Shown here in pieces: positions 26,830 to 32,000 of a stretch of 32,000 nt of DNA; position 1 is the first letter of the stretch; every line of letters starts with the position of its first letter. This DNA comes from Candidatus Saccharimonadota bacterium (GTDB lineage: Bacteria > Patescibacteriota > Saccharimonadia > Saccharimonadales > Saccharimonadaceae). The stretch spans positions 30,001-62,000 of the forward strand of contig CP064995.1 of the NCBI GenBank assembly GCA_016700015.1, in the 5' to 3' direction. The notes under the pieces are model-generated. The model saw only the letters and a program-made list of their open reading frames with translations. It was not told the DNA's origin and made no database searches. The translations under genes were made by a program, and so were the position numbers.

Positions 26830-28311
26830 ATGCGACCAAAACTTTTGGTGTCTTTAGTGTGTGTTATGGTGCTCGGTATTGTAACCACCCACCGTGCTGC
26901 CGCGCTCGCGACGACCGAAACCTATTTTCCCCTCACATCTCCGCTTATTATTAGTGCCTATCAGACGCAAGCTTCCGGTAAGGACGTGGGATTGATTGAA
27001 CTTTACAACGACGGTGACATACCACTTGATATTACCAAGTGGAGTATTGTTGATGATATCAACAAACGCACCCTTCAAATCTCGAGTCACTATAGCGGGC
27101 TGTTGGAGCCAAATCGGCATGTCGTGCTCGCAAAACCATTAGTGGTTGACCCACCAAGCACGTATCAAATTGATGGTTGGCATGAAACGGTTGTTTCGCC
27201 ACTTGCCATCACTACATTGAGCCTGCGCAGTCCAGGCTTTCGGAACAATGATGTCGCTGTTAAGCTAACGACTGCACTGATGCAGCGCAACCGCGGTGTT
27301 GATGGCTATTTGTCGACATTTACTGATGTCAGTTATCGCAGTCTGTTTGACGATGGACTTTATGTGGCGCCGCAGGAACCAAAAGATTTGATGGTAGACG
27401 AAATTTACTCCTATGCGAGCGACTGTGCACCATTTGACGCTAGTGTACTCTGCAGCGATTATGTAAAGCTCGTTAACACGGGAAACGATGAACTTGTACT
27501 TGATGAGTATGTCCTTCGTACCGATAGTAGCTCGTCAAATCGCACGGCTTCCAATACCATTCATTTGGCTGGCTCCCTAGCACCAGGCGACTACAAAACT
27601 GTTTGGTTGACAGATGATGGGAGTAGACTATCACTTACCAATAGCGGCGGTTACGTGTGGCTGGAAGACACCTGGGGTACGACGCATTACGACAGCATAC
27701 TTACGCACTACCCATCTGCAGGTGTTCACGAACAAGGACTGGCTTATGCGAGAAATGCCGGTAGCTGGAGCTGGACGACAACACCGCAGCCCGACCGAGC
27801 CAACCTGATAACACTGCCAATCGAACCGGTGACGGAATGTCCGGCAAGTAAGTACCGAAATCCCGATACGGGCCGCTGTCGCTCCGTCGAGGAAGCGGTG
27901 AACGAGCTTGCGACCTGCCCTGAAGGTCAAATGCGTAACCCCGATACCAATCGCTGTCGCGCTACGGCGAGCGCAAAGCTAAGCGTGACACCATGTGGTG
28001 AAGGGCAAGAACGTAACCCGCTCACCAATCGCTGTCGCAGTATCGCCAGTGCCGTCGCCGAGCTGCTACCCTGCGATGAAGGCTATGAGCGAAATCCGGC
28101 CACTAATCGCTGCCGCAAACAGCAGACGTCGGCCATGCCACTCGCACCTTTCCCAGTTCAGCCGGTTGCAACTAGCAGTTCGTCATCGACAATGTGGTGG
28201 ACAGCAGGTGCAGTTGCGGCGGTGGCACTAGGCTATGCGGCGTGGGAGTGGCGTCGAGAATTTCAGGCGATGGGCTTAAAGGCCATCCGCGTGGTGACAC
28301 GCCGCTGGTAA
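26830..28311 (+). CDS. Surface protein with two lamin-tail-like (LTD) domains, four Cys-bracketed RNPxTNRCR repeats and a C-terminal TM anchor
   Basis: Signal peptide. LTD-like blocks GLIELYNDGDIPLDITKWSIVDD and YVKLVNTGNDELVLDEYVL...GDYKTVW. Repeats CPASKYRNPDTGRCR / CPEGQMRNPDTNRCR / CGEGQERNPLTNRCR / CDEGYERNPATNRCR at 27838-28116. C-terminal WWTAGAVAAVALGYAAWEWRR. Confidence 0.75.
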   Translation: MRPKLLVSLVCVMVLGIVTTHRAAALATTETYFPLTSPLIISAYQTQASGKDVGLIELYNDGDIPLDITKWSIVDDINKRTLQISSHYSGLLEPNRHVVLAKPLVVDPPSTYQIDGWHETVVSPLAITTLSLRSPGFRNNDVAVKLTTALMQRNRGVDGYLSTFTDVSYRSLFDDGLYVAPQEPKDLMVDEIYSYASDCAPFDASVLCSDYVKLVNTGNDELVLDEYVLRTDSSSSNRTASNTIHLAGSLAPGDYKTVWLTDDGSRLSLTNSGGYVWLEDTWGTTHYDSILTHYPSAGVHEQGLAYARNAGSWSWTTTPQPDRANLITLPIEPVTECPASKYRNPDTGRCRSVEEAVNELATCPEGQMRNPDTNRCRATASAKLSVTPCGEGQERNPLTNRCRSIASAVAELLPCDEGYERNPATNRCRKQQTSAMPLAPFPVQPVATSSSSSTMWWTAGAVAAVALGYAAWEWRREFQAMGLKAIRVVTRRW

Positions 28312-28328
28312 CTCGCTATACTGATAGC

Positions 28329-28952
28329 ATGAAGCTGCACCCCGCTACCGTCGACTCGCTTTGTGTAAAAGCAAAGCCATACTACAACCCATCACAGCCG
28401 TATCACAACTGGTCGCATGCCGAAGCAGTCATGCGTGATAGCCTTGTTTTGCTCAATAGCGGCGGTCGCTGGACGCGACACGTCAATCGCGGGCTTCTGC
28501 AGATTGCGGCCGCTTGGCATGATGCCGGGCACGACCATCAAGACGCGGCCCATTTTGAAACGAAAGAGCACTATGCAGTACACCTCACCATGGAAGCGCT
28601 AAAGCGCGATCTACCTTTACGCCAGCGTAAAGAAATAGCCGGAATGATTTTAGGTACCCGCTACAAGGCTCACCGTGCAAGTATGGGTGCAATTGCGCTA
28701 CACTATGGTGACGTCTACAACATGGGGTTGCCGTATGATAAATTTTGTTCCCATACCGATAGGCTTTGGCAGGAATACGGTTCACCACCTTGGCATGAGT
28801 TTTGGCAATCGGCAGCTGCCGTGATCACCCAGACGATTACAGAAGGCGATAGGGAGTTGCCGCGGATTGGGGTTGATGACGGAAAATGGCTCTCGCAGGC
28901 CCAGCAGAACCTTATTCGTATGCAGCAAGAAAGAGCAGGTGAAGGCAGGTGA
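28329..28952 (+). CDS. HD-domain metal-dependent phosphohydrolase
   Basis: H...HD signature (YHNWSHAEAV ... AAWHDAGHD). TATACT at 28317-28322 lies 6 nt before ATG 28329. The track ORF from 28194 overlaps the upstream gene and is over-extended. Confidence 0.8.
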   Translation: MKLHPATVDSLCVKAKPYYNPSQPYHNWSHAEAVMRDSLVLLNSGGRWTRHVNRGLLQIAAAWHDAGHDHQDAAHFETKEHYAVHLTMEALKRDLPLRQRKEIAGMILGTRYKAHRASMGAIALHYGDVYNMGLPYDKFCSHTDRLWQEYGSPPWHEFWQSAAAVITQTITEGDRELPRIGVDDGKWLSQAQQNLIRMQQERAGEGR

Positions 28953-29434
28953 GAATTATTGGCATAGATCCAGGTACCGGCATATTGGGCTTTGGCGTGA
29001 TAGACGCGGTGAAGGGGAGAACGACGCTTGTAACCGCAGGAGTCATCCGAACACCGGCGCATACTCCCCTGCCCGTTCGACTTGAGGAAATCTACCAGGG
29101 TCTTAGCGAAATTATCAGTGAAACTAAGCCGACTGTTATGGCGATTGAAAAACTATTTTTTAATCAAAATATCACAACTGCCATGAGTGTCTCACATGCT
29201 CGTGGCGTCGCAATGCTGACTGGCCAACAGGCGGGACTACACATTGAAGAATATACACCGCTTCAAATTAAACAAACGATGACGGGTTACGGGCGCGCCG
29301 ATAAAAAGCAGATGCAAGAAATGGTGCGCATGCAGCTTGGCCTCAAGGAAGTTCCGAAGCCCGATGACTGTGCCGATGCTTTGGCGGCGGCGATTATGTG
29401 TGCGTTCTCACTCCGTGGCGCACAGGGAGTATAA
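28949..29434 (+). CDS. ruvC: Crossover junction endodeoxyribonuclease RuvC
   Basis: MRIIGIDPGTGILGFGVID, AIEKLFFNQN, KQMQEMV, PDDCADALAAAI (catalytic D/E/D/D positions). GTGA overlap with the HD gene. Confidence 0.93.
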   Translation: MRIIGIDPGTGILGFGVIDAVKGRTTLVTAGVIRTPAHTPLPVRLEEIYQGLSEIISETKPTVMAIEKLFFNQNITTAMSVSHARGVAMLTGQQAGLHIEEYTPLQIKQTMTGYGRADKKQMQEMVRMQLGLKEVPKPDDCADALAAAIMCAFSLRGAQGV

Positions 29435-29443
29435 TAAAGAGGT

Positions 29444-31831
29444 ATGAAAAAGCATCAACCGGCTCGGATGAACCGTTATAGCAATCTGGCCAGCAAGTCG
29501 AAACCTCACAGTTCATCGCGTCGTCACCGTACTCGCCAACCAAGAATGATTGCATGGTTTGTGGAGCTAAGTCTGAAGCGCAAGGTATTGGTGTTGGCGA
29601 TGCCAATATTACTTTTTCTGATTGTCACGCCCGTTATCACCTATCTACTGCTTGCCAATGACATTCGTGACCAAGAGCGCTTGATGAACCGTAATAATAC
29701 CGGACTCGTATTGCTCGATAAAGACGGTAAATCATTTTACAGCATAGGTAAGGCCGAACATCGCACGCTCGTACAGCTCGACCAAATGGCTCCTGACGCA
29801 AAGAACGCCCTGATAGCAACCGAAGATAAGGATTTTTATAAGCACGCTGGCTTTAACTTAGGCAGTATTATCCGTTCATTATGGACTAATCTCGTTTTGC
29901 GACGCGCAGCCTATGGCGGCTCGACAATTACACAGCAACTAGTGAAGAATACCTTGCTGACTGATGACAAAAACGTCTTGCGCAAGTATCAGGAACTGGT
30001 AATGGCAATCGCAATTGAGCAGAATTATACAAAAGACCAGATACTCATGATGTATCTAAACTCAGTCTATTATGGGGAAAACGCCTTTGGGATTGAAGAA
30101 GCGGCCAAAACCTACTACGGAAAAACACCGAAGGATCTGACATTGGCTGAAAGTGCAATGCTTATCGGCATACTCCCCGCCCCGAGCGCCTACTCGCCAA
30201 TTAGTGGCAATGCGGACTATGCTAAGCAGCGTCAAGAAAAAGTGTTAACCAGAATGGTGGCTGAAAAATATATTACCGAAGATCAAAAAGCAGCTGCACT
30301 CGCTGAACAACTGACGTACGCAAAATCGGCCGATACACCTGACTCAATTGCACCGCATTTTGTTGAAATGGTGATTGGTGAGCTGAGCGAAAAGTATGGC
30401 TATGAGCAGGTAATGCGCTCAGGGTTTCAAGTGACCACAACGCTTGATACTAATGCGCAGGGCATCCTCAACCAAAGTGTTGCCGGTCAACTTGGCTATG
30501 TGAACCGCAATGGTGGGAGCAACATCAGCGCAGTAATTATCGACCCAAAGTCTGGCGAAATTAGGAGCCTTGTTGGTAGTGCCGACTACAACAATGACAA
30601 ATGGGGCAAGGTGAATATGGTAACGACTGCAAGGCAGCCGGGCAGTAGCTTCAAGCCAATCTACTACTCGCAGGCGCTCGCCGACGGTGTTATTACGCCG
30701 GCTACAATCTACCATGATGAGCTAACCGACTTTGGTGGTGGCTACAAACCAATGAACGCTAGTCGTCAGTGGTATGGCGATGTCACTGTTCGCAAGGCAC
30801 TAAACTGGTCACTCAACATACCGAGTATCAAAGTGATGCAGGATTACACGATTGATAAATCAGTGGCTGGCGCGAAGAAGCTCGGCATACAGCTCGATCA
30901 AAATCGTGATCACAACTTGACTCTTGCACTTGGCTCCGAAGAAGTGCCGCTACTTACTATGACCAATGCCTATGCCGCGTTTGCCAACCAGGGTCAGCAG
31001 TATAAGACCGCTGTCATTAAGAAAGTTGACGATAAGTTTGGGAAGCGTATCTTGATGAACAGCCAGACAAGGAACCAGGCAATTAACAAAGAAGGCGCGT
31101 ACCTTATATCGAATATTTTGTCTGATAATCAAGCGAGGTCGGGTATTTTTGGAAGCTCATTAAATATACCGGGACACACAGCTGCAGTAAAAACGGGCAC
31201 TACCAACGATAGTCGTGACGCCTGGACGATCGGATACACGCCCGACTATGTAATTGGAGTTTGGGTTGGCAATAACGACAATTCACCGATGAACAACGGT
31301 GGTTCTGGAATGGCGGGGCCAGTGTGGCGTAACACACTTATCAAGTTGCTTGTCGGTGTGCCAGATAAAAAGTTTGATATGCCTAGCGGCATAGTTCAGC
31401 GAAATATCTGTACGGCAAATGGCGGCCTGGCAAGCAAAACTGGCAGTGGAACGTACAGTGAGTATTTTATGGCCGGTGCGCTACCGACAAAATCCTGTAC
31501 ACCAGATCCGGTGATTATCACAGTGTGTAATCTTGATACGAAGAAGACTGAGTCAATTGACGAAGAGACGTTTGATTCCGTACGTTACTCAAAAAATCTT
31601 GACGACTGTAAACCAGTTACTATCGCTGTTTGCGATCTTGCCACTGGCCAGATAAAGATAATAGAAGAGATTGACTATGACACTGACCTACAATCGAAAG
31701 ATACTGGAGACTGCGTTGCTCATGTCAAGGCATGTGACACGACAAACGGCACTGTTGTTTGGGTGAGGACAGCCGAGTTTGTGCTACCTCGCTATACCAA
31801 TGACATTGAAAATTGTGTCGCATCGCCTTAA
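29444..31831 (+). CDS. Class A penicillin-binding protein (PBP1A-type glycosyltransferase/transpeptidase) with a C-terminal triple-repeat extension
   Basis: GT51 motifs ATEDKDFYKHAGF and GGSTITQQLVKN. Transpeptidase motifs SSFKP (SxxK), SLN (SxN) and KTGTT. N-terminal basic tail plus TM. Three Cys-bracketed repeats of about 35 aa at the C-terminus. Confidence 0.95.
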   Translation: MKKHQPARMNRYSNLASKSKPHSSSRRHRTRQPRMIAWFVELSLKRKVLVLAMPILLFLIVTPVITYLLLANDIRDQERLMNRNNTGLVLLDKDGKSFYSIGKAEHRTLVQLDQMAPDAKNALIATEDKDFYKHAGFNLGSIIRSLWTNLVLRRAAYGGSTITQQLVKNTLLTDDKNVLRKYQELVMAIAIEQNYTKDQILMMYLNSVYYGENAFGIEEAAKTYYGKTPKDLTLAESAMLIGILPAPSAYSPISGNADYAKQRQEKVLTRMVAEKYITEDQKAAALAEQLTYAKSADTPDSIAPHFVEMVIGELSEKYGYEQVMRSGFQVTTTLDTNAQGILNQSVAGQLGYVNRNGGSNISAVIIDPKSGEIRSLVGSADYNNDKWGKVNMVTTARQPGSSFKPIYYSQALADGVITPATIYHDELTDFGGGYKPMNASRQWYGDVTVRKALNWSLNIPSIKVMQDYTIDKSVAGAKKLGIQLDQNRDHNLTLALGSEEVPLLTMTNAYAAFANQGQQYKTAVIKKVDDKFGKRILMNSQTRNQAINKEGAYLISNILSDNQARSGIFGSSLNIPGHTAAVKTGTTNDSRDAWTIGYTPDYVIGVWVGNNDNSPMNNGGSGMAGPVWRNTLIKLLVGVPDKKFDMPSGIVQRNICTANGGLASKTGSGTYSEYFMAGALPTKSCTPDPVIITVCNLDTKKTESIDEETFDSVRYSKNLDDCKPVTIAVCDLATGQIKIIEEIDYDTDLQSKDTGDCVAHVKACDTTNGTVVWVRTAEFVLPRYTNDIENCVASP

Positions 31832-32000
31832 TCGACAAACATCGGCATTGCAACTGACGATAAGTGGTATGAATTTTCGTAAAGCCATGCGGCGACGTCG
31901 TCGGGTGCTCGTAGACGTACGAGCCCTCCGTGTTGTATAGCATGGGCTATTGCGTCAACACTTACGAATAATTCTGTGCCAAAGTGAAGTATCGGATACC
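31828..32000 (-). CDS. 3' end of an unidentified CDS entering from downstream (partial)
   Basis: The - strand frame is open from the window edge to TAA (complement of 31828-30): ...YPILHFGTELFVSVDAIAHAIQHGGLVRLRAPDDVAAWLYENSYHLSSVAMPMFVD*. It is convergent with the PBP gene through a shared TTAA. No motif recognised. Confidence 0.3.
   Translation of the reverse strand, partial: YPILHFGTELFVSVDAIAHAIQHGGLVRLRAPDDVAAWLYENSYHLSSVAMPMFVD

Noticed and set aside
31725-31943. 72-aa minus-strand ORF overlapping the PBP1A stop
   Set aside because: It overlaps the 3' end of a well-supported gene. A different minus-strand frame stays open to the window edge and ends exactly at the shared TTAA. That frame is reported instead, as a low-confidence partial CDS.
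1-32000. Looked for CRISPR arrays, IS/transposase/integrase genes, rRNA, alternative genetic code and programmed frameshifts
   Set aside because: There are no regularly spaced direct repeats and no recombinase-like ORFs. All conserved genes read through without in-frame stops in the standard code, and none is split between frames.

Overview
The window is about 50% GC and densely coding, with roughly 30 CDS, mostly on the + strand. It reads in the standard code; no in-frame TGA needs recoding.

Content is almost entirely housekeeping:
- A Y-family polymerase, a rhodanese, tilS, ftsH, murJ and lepA.
- A guanylate-kinase-like gene.
- A heat-shock set (hrcA-grpE, dnaK, dnaJ), each unit preceded by its own CIRCE operator.
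- An FKBP isomerase and an FAD-linked oxidase.
- A five-gene peptide ligase/peptidase cluster: DUF1704 (HExxxH plus EEGLA), GNAT, a CphA-like ATP-grasp, a RimB-like protease and RimK.
- tRNA-Lys(UUU), comEC, yebC, a lamin-tail-domain surface protein, an HD hydrolase, ruvC and a class A PBP.

I saw no transposase, integrase, CRISPR array or rRNA. Gene content suggests a small-genome bacterium, possibly Patescibacteria or Saccharibacteria-like. That is inference only, with no rRNA to confirm it.

Observations most worth follow-up:
1. A 572-bp intergenic element at 89-660 with long imperfect terminal inverted repeats and a core of nested perfect helices. It is a candidate large ncRNA or MITE.
2. 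A second copy of the last 19 codons of lepA, 119 nt downstream of the real stop. It differs from the first copy only at synonymous positions.
3. The ligase/peptidase cluster, read as a possible writer/eraser system for protein C-terminal tails.
4. A recurrent TATACT-type -10 box 5-8 nt upstream of start codons, implying widespread leaderless mRNAs. In these units the CIRCE operators are embedded in the promoters.
5. A tandem partial duplication of the 5' half of tRNA-Lys.
6. Novel-looking Cys-bracketed repeat modules in the LTD protein and at the PBP1A C-terminus.

All functional calls rest on motif recognition by eye; no database search was run.
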